Shown here in pieces: positions 18,555 through 28,909 of a stretch of DNA of 64,000 bases. The stretch lies in the sequence record SRR20825019_1298. One strand, given 5' to 3'. Under the pieces are notes generated by a model. It worked only from the letters and a program-made list of their open reading frames with translations, was not told the origin of the DNA and ran no database searches. Within the stretch, counting starts at the first letter, position 1. Each line of letters opens with the position of its first letter. A program made the translations under genes and the position numbers.

Positions 18555-20078
18555 ATGGCTGCATTTGATACAAGCGCTCCCCTTCTGCCCGAAATCCTGT
18601 CCTTGCACGGCAAATGGAAGGCAGGCAAAGCCGCCCTTATCTGCGGCAGGGAGATTATCACCTGGGCAGAGTTTGAAGCGCGCACCAACCGGCTTGCCAA
18701 TGCCCTGCGTGCACAAGGCCTTGGCCGTGGCAAAACCATCGGTGTAGTCATGAGCAATGGCACCGCCATGGTCGAAGCGCTGATCGCGATCATCAAATCA
18801 GGCGCTTGCTCGGTACCGATCAACCTTTCGGTGACCGACGAAGCGCTTGGCGCCATGCTGCGTGATGCCGATGTTTCTGCCGTTATCACCACAGATGACC
18901 AGAAACGCCGCATTGACGATTACCTCAAAGCCTCACCTGCCCTTTTTGTGCTTGATGCGGCGGAGATCGAAGCGTTCACAGGCGGCGCGAGCGACACGCT
19001 GCCTGACGCTGGCATCAAGGCGGATGACCCGCTCAATATCATCTACAGCTCCGGCACCACAGGCATGCCGAAGGGCATCCTGCACACACATTCCGGGCGG
19101 CGCGACTGGGCCTATGACCTTACGCTCGCGCTCAGGTATCACTCTGCCGCGAAAACCCTGTTCAGCATCGGGCTCTATTCCAACATCAGCTGGGTCGGCA
19201 TGCTGTGCACCCTGCTCTCGGGCGGCACTATGGTGGTTACGCCCAAGTTTGATGCGCGCGACGCCCTTAGCCTGATTGAAAAACACAGCATCAGCCATTT
19301 TGCCATGGTGCCGATCCAGTATCAGCGCCTGATGGAAGTGCCGGACCAGGCCGATTTTGACCTCTCAAGCATTGAGGCCGTGATGAGCTGCGGCTCCCCC
19401 CTGCATGCGGACCTCAAATCCGCGCTGTTTGAACGGCTGGGCCCCAAGGCGGTGATCGAGTTGTTTGGCCTGACCGAAGGCGTGATCACGACGCTGGACC
19501 CCGAGGAAGCCGAAGGCCGCATGGCATCTGTCGGTAAACCGCTTGTGGGCACGGACATCAAAATCATCGGGGATGATGACAAGGAAGTCACCCCCGGCCA
19601 GTCGGGCGAGATTGTCGGCTGCGGACGTATCGTCATGCCCGGCTACCTGAACCGGCCGGACGCAACGCTAGAAGCCACATGGGTGGACAATACTGGCAAG
19701 GCATGGCTCCGGACCGGCGATATTGGACAACTGGATGATGAGGGCTACCTCTATATCGTGGACCGCAAGAAGGACATGATCCTCTCTGGTGGGCAAAATA
19801 TCTATCCGCAGGATATCGAGGCGGTGTTGATAACCCACAAGGATGTGAACGATGTTGCCGTTATCGGCGTGGCAAGCGAACAATGGGGCGAAACCCCGGT
19901 CGCGGTGATCGTGCCTGAGACGAAAAGCGTTATTGATGAGAAGGCCCTGATAGACTGGGCGAACAAAAAGCTCGGCAAACAACAGCGCATATCCGGCGTT
20001 ATTTTATGCGAGGCCCTGCCCCGCAACGCCAACGGCAAGATATTGAAGCGTGAGCTGAGGGAAATTTACGGGGGTTAG
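18555..20078 (+). CDS. AMP-forming acyl-CoA ligase (class I adenylate-forming enzyme)
   Basis: YSSGTTGMPKG, FGLTE, LRTGD, DRKKDMI, PRNANGK. Confidence 0.93.
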   Translation: MAAFDTSAPLLPEILSLHGKWKAGKAALICGREIITWAEFEARTNRLANALRAQGLGRGKTIGVVMSNGTAMVEALIAIIKSGACSVPINLSVTDEALGAMLRDADVSAVITTDDQKRRIDDYLKASPALFVLDAAEIEAFTGGASDTLPDAGIKADDPLNIIYSSGTTGMPKGILHTHSGRRDWAYDLTLALRYHSAAKTLFSIGLYSNISWVGMLCTLLSGGTMVVTPKFDARDALSLIEKHSISHFAMVPIQYQRLMEVPDQADFDLSSIEAVMSCGSPLHADLKSALFERLGPKAVIELFGLTEGVITTLDPEEAEGRMASVGKPLVGTDIKIIGDDDKEVTPGQSGEIVGCGRIVMPGYLNRPDATLEATWVDNTGKAWLRTGDIGQLDDEGYLYIVDRKKDMILSGGQNIYPQDIEAVLITHKDVNDVAVIGVASEQWGETPVAVIVPETKSVIDEKALIDWANKKLGKQQRISGVILCEALPRNANGKILKRELREIYGG

Positions 20079-20082
20079 CCGC

Positions 20083-20946
20083 ATGGCCGAGTATAAAGAC
20101 TGTTTTTTCACCAACACAGACGGCCTGAAGCAGCACTATAGGGACTATAATACCGCAGGCGACGATGCCCCTGTTGTGCTGTGCATGCCTGGCCTGACCC
20201 GCAATCCTAAAGATTTCAGCGATATCGCCGATCATCTGGCTGACCGCTGCCGTATCATTGCCATTGCCAACCGCGGACGCGGTAAATCCGACTATGACCC
20301 TGACCCAAGCCGGTACAAGCCTGTCACCTATGTGGCAGACGTAATGGAACTCTTGGGTCAGCTTGGCATCAGCAGCGTTGTCGCCATTGGCACATCGCTT
20401 GGCGGGCTGATGACAATTCTCATTCAGGCGCTGCATCCGGGTACGCTCAAGGCTGCTGTTATCAATGATATCGGGCCAGAAGTAGACCCATCCGGCATCG
20501 CACGGATCAAAAGTTATGTGGGCAAGGGCACACCGCCTGAAAGCTGGGCTGAGGCCGTTGAGGGCGTGAAACGCGCAAACGCTGGTGTGTACCCTGATTT
20601 CACGGAAGAAGACTGGCGCTGGTATACCCATAACCTCTATGAAGATGTGGGCGGCAAACCAGTGATGCAATATGACCCCGCCATCAGCCAGAACTTTGAA
20701 AGCGCGGACGACCAGTCAGCCCCGGACCTGTGGCCCTTCTTTACTGCCATGCATTCTATCCCCACCGTTGTGCTGCGGGGCGAGCTTTCAGATATCCTCT
20801 CCGCGCCCACGCTCAAGCGCATGGCCAATGAGCACCCGGACCTCGTGCCCGTGACCGTGCCCAACCTCGGGCACGTGCCGCTTATGCGTGAGCCTGAGTG
20901 CAAGGCTGCGATTGATACGCTCATCGCGCGGGTTTCCCAAGGCTGA
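20083..20946 (+). CDS. Alpha/beta hydrolase (esterase-like)
   Basis: PGLTRN, GTSLGG nucleophile elbow, RGELSD, GHVP. Confidence 0.9.
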   Translation: MAEYKDCFFTNTDGLKQHYRDYNTAGDDAPVVLCMPGLTRNPKDFSDIADHLADRCRIIAIANRGRGKSDYDPDPSRYKPVTYVADVMELLGQLGISSVVAIGTSLGGLMTILIQALHPGTLKAAVINDIGPEVDPSGIARIKSYVGKGTPPESWAEAVEGVKRANAGVYPDFTEEDWRWYTHNLYEDVGGKPVMQYDPAISQNFESADDQSAPDLWPFFTAMHSIPTVVLRGELSDILSAPTLKRMANEHPDLVPVTVPNLGHVPLMREPECKAAIDTLIARVSQG

Positions 20947-20953
20947 TATTGCT

Positions 20954-21454
20954 TTAGCGTGCGACTTTCGCAACATGGCGCGCCAGCTTATCCAGCGTTT
21001 GCCCGCCATATTCAACAGCGCCAAAGCCGATAGCCCCTTCCCGTTGCTCCTTGGAAGGATGCATCTGGCGGAGTGTGACCACGGTCTTGCCGTTGCTTTG
21101 CTCGTCAAAGGTAACCAGCATTCTGAAGCGACCGGGGTCATCATCCTGATCTGTACCGTGCTCAACCTCAATAAATGCCGGTGCTTCAAGGCTGAGGAAA
21201 ACCATACGGTTGCTGTATCGCATGCCGTCAGTGGTGACCATGTCAAATCGCCACCTGCCCCCTTGTGTGAGGTTAATCTCGTGGGTTTCGATCTCCATGC
21301 CTTCCGGCCCGAACCACTGTTGTATCTGCTCAGGGTCGCTCCAGGCCGCATAAACAATATCCCTGGGGGCATCGATCAACCTGCTCAACACAATCTCACG
21401 GTCAAGAGGCCAGGATTGCCACGGAGAACCGGCATTATTACTTGCTTCGCTCAT
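20954..21454 (-). CDS. SRPBCC / AHSA1-like (START fold) protein
   Basis: DREIVLSRLIDAPRDIVYAAWSDPEQIQQWFGP. Confidence 0.9.
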   Translation of the reverse strand: MSEASNNAGSPWQSWPLDREIVLSRLIDAPRDIVYAAWSDPEQIQQWFGPEGMEIETHEINLTQGGRWRFDMVTTDGMRYSNRMVFLSLEAPAFIEVEHGTDQDDDPGRFRMLVTFDEQSNGKTVVTLRQMHPSKEQREGAIGFGAVEYGGQTLDKLARHVAKVAR

Positions 21455-21794
21455 CGTCTAGTTTCTTTCTTTTCATACGTTCAATGTGCCGTTCCATGCG
21501 GTCAAGGCGCTCTTCCCAGGCCATGATATGCTGGTTGATCCACGCTTTGGTCGCATGAAGGGCATTTGGCTCAATCTTGCAGGTTCGAACGCGCCCAATC
21601 TTTTCCGTGCTGACAAGCCCGCTCTCTTCCAATATGCGCACATGCTTCAAAAGCGACGGAAGCGCCATCTCGAACGGTTCTGAAAGCTCGGTGACGGATT
21701 GTGGCCCTTCGCATAAACGACTGACGATCGCCCGTCTGGTCGGGTCTGCGAGGGCGGAAAAAGCACCATCCAAATCTGTTGAAAACTTAGCCAT
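21438..21794 (-). CDS. ArsR/SmtB family transcriptional regulator
   Basis: FSALADPTRRAIVSRL...HVRILEESGLVSTEKIGRVR; ATG at 21794; typical ArsR-SRPBCC pair. Confidence 0.92.
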   Translation of the reverse strand: MAKFSTDLDGAFSALADPTRRAIVSRLCEGPQSVTELSEPFEMALPSLLKHVRILEESGLVSTEKIGRVRTCKIEPNALHATKAWINQHIMAWEERLDRMERHIERMKRKKLDDERSK

Positions 21795-21856
21795 ATGTGA
21801 AACTATTATCGTATTCACGGCATCCGTCAAGAAATACTTTCACAAACGGCTAAGTT
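21784..21856 (-). promoter_or_regulatory. ArsR autoregulatory operators and probable leaderless promoter
   Basis: Inverted 21-bp copies at 21784-21804 (AACTTAGCCATATGTGAAACT) and 21836-21856 (reverse complement AACTTAGCCGTTTGTGAAAGT). Minus strand reads TTGACG-N17-AATAGT-N7-ATG. Confidence 0.6.
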
Positions 21857-22042
21857 TTTATGTTCGCATATCACAACCGTATCCGCGCCTGAACTCCCCT
21901 ACCCGGTTCACAGATTGGTCTATCGATACAAGGATACCGCCGATTTTCAGGCCTTTAGCCTAACAAAATTCACCTTTTTATGGACACTCAAACCTGTCTG
22001 TGGCAAAGGTGCAGGCCGTATTTTTATTTCAAGGAGTGACTT

Positions 22043-23263
22043 GTGAGTGAACAATTATTGCCGATATCGGCACAAGATGTTTACGATGCTGAAATAGCCA
22101 TCCGGGGTAGCGTTAAGCGGACACCGATGGAAAAATCGCGCACACTCTCTGAAATTACCGGCGCCGAGTGCTGGTTGAAGTTTGAAATTTTCCAGTTTAC
22201 TGCGGCTTATAAAGAGCGTGGAGCGCTCAACAAACTACTCTCGCTCCCCAAGAACACCAAAGGCGTGATCGCAGCCTCCGCTGGCAACCACGCGCAGGGT
22301 ATCAGCTATCATGCTGGGCGCCTTGGCATCCCAGCCACTATCGTGATGCCTGAGGGCACGCCTTTCAACAAGGTTAAACGCACGGAAGAGCTGGGCGCGC
22401 GGGTTGTGCTGACGGGCGCAAACTTTGAAGCTGCCACCCAAGCCGCTTATGACCTTGCGGACCGTGAGAACCTCACCTTCATTCACCCGTTTGATGATCC
22501 GCTGGTGATGGCAGGCCAAGGCACCGTTGGCCTTGAAATGCTTGCGGATGTGCCTGACCTGGACACGCTTGTGGTGCCTATTGGCGGCGGCGGGCTGGTA
22601 TCAGGCATTGCGACTATCGCGAAGCATATCAACCCGAAAATCCGCATCGTAGGGGTGCAGACCGAAGCTTTCCCGGCCATGAAGGAAAAGATGGACGGCA
22701 CATCGCTGCGCGGCAACAATATCTCCATCGCGGAAGGCATTGCGGTCAATAAGCCCGGCAAACGCACGCAGGATGTGGTGCGCTCGCTGGTCGATGCCAT
22801 TGTGACCGTGCCAGAGCGGCATATCGAAGCCGCCATTGTTTCCATCATGGAAATTGAAAAAGTGGTGGTTGAGGGCGCGGGCGGCATTGGCCTTGCAGCT
22901 GTGATGCATCATCCGGAGCTGTTCCGTGGCCACAAGGTAGGCATCGTGCTTTCAGGCGGCAATATCGACAGCCGGTTGCTGGCCAGCGCTATCATGCGCG
23001 GCATGGCCCGCGACGGCAGGCTGGCGCGCCTGCGTATCACCATGATGGACCAGCCGGGTGCCCTCGCCCTCGTGACCGAGGTTGTGGCCCAGATTGGCGC
23101 CAACATTATAGAGATGCGCCACCAGCGCGAGTTTGGCGCGCTGTCGCTCAAGCAAACCGAGATGGAACTGGTGATCGAAGCCAAAGACCGTGACCATGCA
23201 CAAGCGCTTGTTGATGCGCTCGAGGAAGCAGGCTTCAAGGTCGATTACGCCAAAACGGTTTAG
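22043..23263 (+). CDS. ilvA: Threonine ammonia-lyase (medium form, C-terminal ACT domain)
   Basis: PLP lysine in FQFTAAYKERGA, ASAGNHAQG, PIGGGGL, SGGNID, ACT motif DQPGAL. Confidence 0.9.
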   Translation: MSEQLLPISAQDVYDAEIAIRGSVKRTPMEKSRTLSEITGAECWLKFEIFQFTAAYKERGALNKLLSLPKNTKGVIAASAGNHAQGISYHAGRLGIPATIVMPEGTPFNKVKRTEELGARVVLTGANFEAATQAAYDLADRENLTFIHPFDDPLVMAGQGTVGLEMLADVPDLDTLVVPIGGGGLVSGIATIAKHINPKIRIVGVQTEAFPAMKEKMDGTSLRGNNISIAEGIAVNKPGKRTQDVVRSLVDAIVTVPERHIEAAIVSIMEIEKVVVEGAGGIGLAAVMHHPELFRGHKVGIVLSGGNIDSRLLASAIMRGMARDGRLARLRITMMDQPGALALVTEVVAQIGANIIEMRHQREFGALSLKQTEMELVIEAKDRDHAQALVDALEEAGFKVDYAKTV

Positions 23264-23451
23264 CTGTCTTTCAGGTTTTGCGGGTTTCGCCACACCCTCC
23301 ATGTGTGGCGTTTTCCAGTTAACCCAACCCTGACAAGGTGTTACGTGCCAAATAGGCACTCAAAACGCCGCCACACCCACGCCTCACATACGCCGCACTT
23401 TCGCGCACACTTTTCATCAAAGTGTGGCGTAAATTCAGCCCCAAAATGAGA

Positions 23452-23481
23452 CAAGGCGGCAGATATTCACCTGCCGCCTTG
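23452..23481. terminator. Terminator hairpin downstream of the RND permease
   Basis: CAAGGCGGCAG-N8-CTGCCGCCTTG. Confidence 0.65.
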
Positions 23482-23505
23482 CCTGATTTTTGAGGGTGTT
23501 TTTGC

Positions 23506-26500
23506 TTATTCCGCCGGTATGCCCTTGGCTTCCTTGTCCTCAAATTCCTTGAGCTTTGAAGCAACATGGCCCGGTGATTTGGTATATTTCGCGAACATGT
23601 CGAAGAATACCGGCACGATGAAAAGCGTGAAGAAGGTCGCGATAATAACGCCCCCAAACACAGTCACACCAATGGTTTGACGGCTTGCTGAACCCGCACC
23701 GGACGCCAGCATGAGCGGCACTGCACCCATCGCTGTCGAGAGCCCTGTCATCATGATCGGACGCAAGCGAAGCGTTGACGCTTCTATCAGCGCTTCACGA
23801 ATTGGCTTGCCTTCATCCCGCAACTGGTTCGCGAATTCCACGATCAGAATACCGTTCTTCGCGGCCAGGCCGATCAGCATGATAAGGCCAAGCTGGCTAT
23901 ATATATTGAGCGTACTTCCAGCCCAGTATAGCCCCAGAAGGCCGCCCAGAACCGCCAGTGGAACCGTGAGCATGATAATGAACGGGTGTATGAAACTCTC
24001 AAACTGAGCCGCCAAAATCAGGAACACAACAGCGAGTGCCAGCGCGAAGATGAAATAGATATCATCGCCCGCTTCTTTGTACTCGCGGGTAGCGCCCTTA
24101 TAGTCGATCGTGGTGACATCAGGGATCACCTCACGCACCATTTCTTCCATATATTCAGTGACTTCGCCGATGGTATAGCCCGGCGCCATATTGCCTGAAA
24201 CCGTGAGCGCCCGCACACGATTGAAGCGGCGCAGGTCGCCTGCACCAGACACTTCTTCCACATCCACAAGGTTTGTGAGCGGGATAAGCGCGCCGGTACG
24301 CCCCGAGGCAACATAGATGTTTTCCATATCCAGAGGCTGCTGCCTGTCAGACTTCCGTGCCTGCAGGATCACATCATATTCTTCACCGTCGCTCACGAAG
24401 GTTGTAACCCGCCTTCCGCCCATCATGGTCTCAAGCGTACGGCCGATTTCACGGATGGAAACGCCCATATCCGCTGCGCGGGCACGGTCGATCCTAACAT
24501 TGAACTGTGGCTGGGTTTCCTCGTAATCTGTATCAACGTTCACAAGGCCCGGGTAGTTGGCAAGCTCATCCAGCACAATCTGTTTGAACCGGCCAAGGTC
24601 GTCATAGGTGGACCCACCAATCACAAACTGGAAGCTTTCCGAGCTGCCACCCCGGCGGGAAAGGCCTGATGTTTCAATGGGGATAGCCTGAACGCCCGGC
24701 ACATTGTTGATCAGCTTGGGGCGAAGTTCCTCCAGAATTTCAGTCGAGCTACGCTCGCGTTCATCCCAAGGTGTGAGGATGATAAAACCCCAACCGCCAC
24801 CACCGTCAACCCGGAGAAGGAAACGGGTCAGCTCACCTGTATCGAGAAGTGGCAACACCTGCTCTTCAATCTTGAGTGCCTGCTCCACCATAAACTCATG
24901 GCTTGCACCTTCCGGCCCTTTAACCCGCATGAACAGGCCGCCACGGTCTTCTATTGGTGCAAGCTCGGTCGGGATGCGAGACTGCACGCCTGCGATAAAG
25001 ACAAAACACGTTAAAAAACAAAGCGTAACGATCATTTTGTTGGCAAGGCAAATGTTCAATAGCCGGGCGTAACCAGACTGAATGCGCTTGAAAACACGGT
25101 CCAACATTTGGGCGAATTTTGGCTTCTTGTTCCGGCGCCGCACAAGGATGGAACACATCATCGGGCTAAGCGTCAGCGCAACAAAGCTAGAGAACACAAC
25201 GGCTGCCGTCATGGTAATCGCGAGCTCACCAAACAAACGGCCCACATTACCCGTCAGGAACATGATCGGTACAAACACACCAATTAGCACCAGTGTGGTG
25301 GCAATCACCGCGAAGCCAACCTGGCTCGCACCCCGGTAGGCGGCCAACAGGCCGGGCTCACCCTCTTCCACGCGGCGGTAGATGTTCTCTAACACAACAA
25401 TCGCATCATCCACCACAAGCCCGATGGCCATAACAAGGCCGAGCAGTGTGATCAGGTTGATGGATACACCGGCAAGGTTCAGCACCCAGAAACTCGCAAT
25501 AATACAAACCGGCACGGTAACTGCGGGAACGAGTACCGTTTTGATGTTGCCAAGGAATAGATAGAGCACCAGAACCACAAGGCCCATAGCCACGGCCAGC
25601 GTGAAGTAAACCTCGTCAATCGCCTTATCGATAAACACAGAGCTATCGTAGGCAACCATAAGCTCCATGCTTTCCGGTAATGTCTCCCGGATACGTTCTG
25701 CTTCAGCTTTCGCGGCTTTTGCAACTGCCAGCGTATTCCCTGTCGACTGTTTCACGACGCCAAGGCCGATAACCGGAATACCGTTCCCCCGGAAGGTACG
25801 CTCGTCTCGTTCTGAGCCCAGCTCAACCTCGGCAATATCGCCAAGGCGCACAAAACCATCGTCTGTACCCTCTTTGATCACCATGGTGGCAAAGTCTTCA
25901 GGGCGGGAGTATTCCCGGTTCAGCCGCACGATTGTGTCGCGCTTGATGCTTTGGATCTTGCCTGCTGGCAGCTCCACGTTTTCTGCGCGCATCACCGCTT
26001 CAATGTCTGACACCGTCACACCGCGCGCGGCCATTGCCTGCCGGTCGAGGTGGATACGGATAGCGTAACGTTTCTGCCCGCCGATACTGACGCCGGAAAC
26101 ACCATCGACAACAGATAGGCGGTCAACGATGTTGCGTTCCGCATAATCGGTAAGCTGCAGAATATCCATCACAGGGCTGGTGAGGTTGAACCACAGGATT
26201 GGCCGTGTATCGTTGTCTGCCTTTGATATCTCAGGCGGTTCGACCTCTTCCGGCAGGTTGTTCAAAACACGGCTAACGCGGTCTCGCACGTCATTTGCCG
26301 CAGCGTCAATATCTCGACTGAGCATAAACTCAACGTTGATGCTGGACCGACCGTCATTGCTGGTCGATTCGATGGTTTTGATGCCCGGAACGCCGGCAAT
26401 CGCACTTTCGATAATCTGTGTAACCCGCGTCTCAACAACAGCCGCGTTCGCACCGGGATAATTTGTCCGTACACCCACGACCGGTGGGTCAACGTCCGGC

Positions 26501-26610
26501 AATTCCCGCACGGAGAGCTGCTGGAAGGATATCAAACCAAAGGCGATCAACAGCAAACTGACAACAACGGCAAAAACCGGCCGTTTTACCGAAACATCCG
26601 AAAGGATCAT
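23506..26610 (-). CDS. RND efflux permease (AcrB/MexW-like)
   Basis: KRPVFA, GLVVDDAIVVLENI, AAKNGILIVEFA, RLRPIMMT; 1034 aa. Confidence 0.96.
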   Translation of the reverse strand: MILSDVSVKRPVFAVVVSLLLIAFGLISFQQLSVRELPDVDPPVVGVRTNYPGANAAVVETRVTQIIESAIAGVPGIKTIESTSNDGRSSINVEFMLSRDIDAAANDVRDRVSRVLNNLPEEVEPPEISKADNDTRPILWFNLTSPVMDILQLTDYAERNIVDRLSVVDGVSGVSIGGQKRYAIRIHLDRQAMAARGVTVSDIEAVMRAENVELPAGKIQSIKRDTIVRLNREYSRPEDFATMVIKEGTDDGFVRLGDIAEVELGSERDERTFRGNGIPVIGLGVVKQSTGNTLAVAKAAKAEAERIRETLPESMELMVAYDSSVFIDKAIDEVYFTLAVAMGLVVLVLYLFLGNIKTVLVPAVTVPVCIIASFWVLNLAGVSINLITLLGLVMAIGLVVDDAIVVLENIYRRVEEGEPGLLAAYRGASQVGFAVIATTLVLIGVFVPIMFLTGNVGRLFGELAITMTAAVVFSSFVALTLSPMMCSILVRRRNKKPKFAQMLDRVFKRIQSGYARLLNICLANKMIVTLCFLTCFVFIAGVQSRIPTELAPIEDRGGLFMRVKGPEGASHEFMVEQALKIEEQVLPLLDTGELTRFLLRVDGGGGWGFIILTPWDERERSSTEILEELRPKLINNVPGVQAIPIETSGLSRRGGSSESFQFVIGGSTYDDLGRFKQIVLDELANYPGLVNVDTDYEETQPQFNVRIDRARAADMGVSIREIGRTLETMMGGRRVTTFVSDGEEYDVILQARKSDRQQPLDMENIYVASGRTGALIPLTNLVDVEEVSGAGDLRRFNRVRALTVSGNMAPGYTIGEVTEYMEEMVREVIPDVTTIDYKGATREYKEAGDDIYFIFALALAVVFLILAAQFESFIHPFIIMLTVPLAVLGGLLGLYWAGSTLNIYSQLGLIMLIGLAAKNGILIVEFANQLRDEGKPIREALIEASTLRLRPIMMTGLSTAMGAVPLMLASGAGSASRQTIGVTVFGGVIIATFFTLFIVPVFFDMFAKYTKSPGHVASKLKEFEDKEAKGIPAE

Positions 26611-27698
26611 GATGCATCTCCCGCCGCAGCATCTGCTGCCATATCCCGCACTTTCATGCCTTGCCTGCCAAGGCGCAACGTACCCTCAACGACCACACGG
26701 TCACCTACCGAAAGACCCTCTGTAACCTCCACATAACCCGGGCGCCTGAGCCCGAGCTGCACTTCTCGACGTTCGGTCGTGTCACCATCCATCACAAAAA
26801 CAAAATGTCGGCCAGCGGTCGGCACAACGGCTTGTTCCGGCACCGCAACAGCTTCCCAAGCGCGGCTCAAAACCTCAACTCGCATGAGAAGACCCGGCCG
26901 TAATGCGTTGTCTTCATTTAGAACTTCTGCGCGAACGATCACTGATCGTGTGACGGGGTCCACACGGCTATCAATGGTCCTCACGATCCCTGTGAACAGC
27001 CGGTCCGGGTACGCCGACACACGTGCCTCGACGGTCTGCCCGGGGTTGAGCGTAGAGATAAAACGCTCAGGTACGGAGAAATCAAGTTTGATAAGGTCGA
27101 TCGCATCAATTGTCGTGATAGGCGCATTTGAGGAAAGCAACGTTCCTTCGCTCACCTGCCTGAGCCCCAACATGCCGTCAAAGGGCGCTACAACCCTCTG
27201 GTCTTCCAGCCTCGCACGGGCCGCTTGTAGGCGAAAACGCGCTTCATCGAGACGGCGTTGCTCTGTATCAAGCGCTGCGGTCGATGCATTGCCCTGATTG
27301 ACCAGATTTTTGATCCGCTCAAAGCTACGCTCTGCCTCTTTGAAATTAGCTTCAGCTTCACGAAGCTGCGCGATTTCCTCATCATCTTCCAGCTTGATGA
27401 GAATGTCGCCTTTTTTGACAATCTGACCATCCTCAAACAGCACGCTGCGTACTGTGTCAGACACGCGCGCCGTAAGCGTAACAGACTCCCTCGCCCGCGC
27501 TGTTCCAAGAGCCTCGACAACATCGGCAAAACGCCGCGTATCAACTTCCTGGCTCACCACTGTAACGGCGCGATCACCACGCATACCGCGGTCAGCGTCT
27601 GCACCGTCATCCAATATTAGCCAGCCAGAGATGCCCACCAAAACTACAAAAATTACTACCAGCACCAAACGGCCAGAATTCATACCACCCTCGTTCAT
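26607..27698 (-). CDS. RND periplasmic adaptor (membrane fusion protein); alternative ATG at 27683
   Basis: N-terminal TM, APFDG lipoyl-like motif, DSRVDPVTRS, LRPG; overlaps the permease start. Confidence 0.93.
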   Translation of the reverse strand: MNEGGMNSGRLVLVVIFVVLVGISGWLILDDGADADRGMRGDRAVTVVSQEVDTRRFADVVEALGTARARESVTLTARVSDTVRSVLFEDGQIVKKGDILIKLEDDEEIAQLREAEANFKEAERSFERIKNLVNQGNASTAALDTEQRRLDEARFRLQAARARLEDQRVVAPFDGMLGLRQVSEGTLLSSNAPITTIDAIDLIKLDFSVPERFISTLNPGQTVEARVSAYPDRLFTGIVRTIDSRVDPVTRSVIVRAEVLNEDNALRPGLLMRVEVLSRAWEAVAVPEQAVVPTAGRHFVFVMDGDTTERREVQLGLRRPGYVEVTEGLSVGDRVVVEGTLRLGRQGMKVRDMAADAAAGDAS

Positions 27699-27893
27699 CT
27701 CGACCCCTAAAACACTTTACCTAAACACTATACAGACCCAGAGACGCAAACCCTTCGAAAAAAAGAGTAGGTGCCTCTGGTTACGTAAATCTTTGCCGTC
27801 TGGTTTGCCCCAAGCTTCACCAAGATAGCCGATATCGGATGCAACAATACGATCAGCAGCGTTTATGACGATCGTTTATTGAAGCGAAGACAT

Positions 27894-28781
27894 CTAGCCG
27901 ATGGGCTGACCAGTTCCCCAGTGATTTTCGATATGACGTTCGAAATCGGCGGCGAGTTGAGTGTTGCTATCGGCCAGTTGATACCGTGGGCGAAATAATG
28001 CCAATTGCCGACGATAGTCAAATCCCTTTAAGCGCACAACATCCACCCGTTCATCGACAAGGCTTTCAGGCACAACGGTTCCCCCTAGTCCGGCTGCAAC
28101 CATTGCTATCGCACGGCTGTCATTCGGGGTTCTATACACCAGCCTTGGCCGTACATTATGGTCGGTGAAATACCGACTGGTTTCCGAGAGAACCTCGCAC
28201 CGGCTGCGGACGATCATATAGTCCCCAGCGAGGTCTGACGCAGCAACAGTCTTTCGGCCAGCGAGCCTGTGTCCATGCGGCAGGATAAACACATAATCTT
28301 CATCAAAAAGTTTAACTGCCCGCTCCGCACTCTCGCCGCGGTAAACCGAAAGTGCATAATCCAGGCTACGGTCATCCAGCCGGTTAGTTAGTTCCTGCTC
28401 CGTACCATCATAAACTTCAATAGTTACCTTGGGCTCCGCAGCCTTAAAGCCCGCCAATAGTTCGCCAACAGCGCGGTTCGAAAGGGTCGTGAGCACGCCG
28501 AGGCGCAGCACCGGCGCGCTCGCGTTCTCCTCCAGCGCCTGCATAGCCAAGTTGCACTCATGCAAAATAGCCTTGGCGCGCGGCAGGAAACGTGTCCCGG
28601 CATCGGTAAGGAATACACGGCGGTTTGAGCGCTCAAATAACGCCTGCCCGACCTGACCTTCGAGCTTCTTGATACCGGCAGAAAGCGTGGGTTGCGTGAC
28701 AAAGGTACGGTCCGCTGCCCGGGTAAAACTACCCGTCTCAACGACCGCAAGAAAATAGCGAAGGAGATAAAGATCCATCAT
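27894..28781 (-). CDS. LysR family transcriptional regulator, divergent from the liu operon
   Basis: LRYFLAVVETGSFTRAA...TQPTLSAGIKKLE. Confidence 0.95.
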   Translation of the reverse strand: MMDLYLLRYFLAVVETGSFTRAADRTFVTQPTLSAGIKKLEGQVGQALFERSNRRVFLTDAGTRFLPRAKAILHECNLAMQALEENASAPVLRLGVLTTLSNRAVGELLAGFKAAEPKVTIEVYDGTEQELTNRLDDRSLDYALSVYRGESAERAVKLFDEDYVFILPHGHRLAGRKTVAASDLAGDYMIVRSRCEVLSETSRYFTDHNVRPRLVYRTPNDSRAIAMVAAGLGGTVVPESLVDERVDVVRLKGFDYRRQLALFRPRYQLADSNTQLAADFERHIENHWGTGQPIG

Positions 28782-28794
28782 AGACGTTATCTAT
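28780..28794. promoter_or_regulatory. LysR recognition site (ATAG-N7-CTAT, T-N11-A)
   Basis: ATAGACGTTATCTAT abutting the lysR start codon. Confidence 0.7.
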
Positions 28795-28909
28795 GGTTTC
28801 CATTTTTGCATTCGATTTTACCAATACCACCCTTTTCCATATATTGCCAGCACATGGCAACAGATGCTTCGCAGTTCCAGTCGGAAAAGCGACCTCAGGA
28901 GACTTTTCT

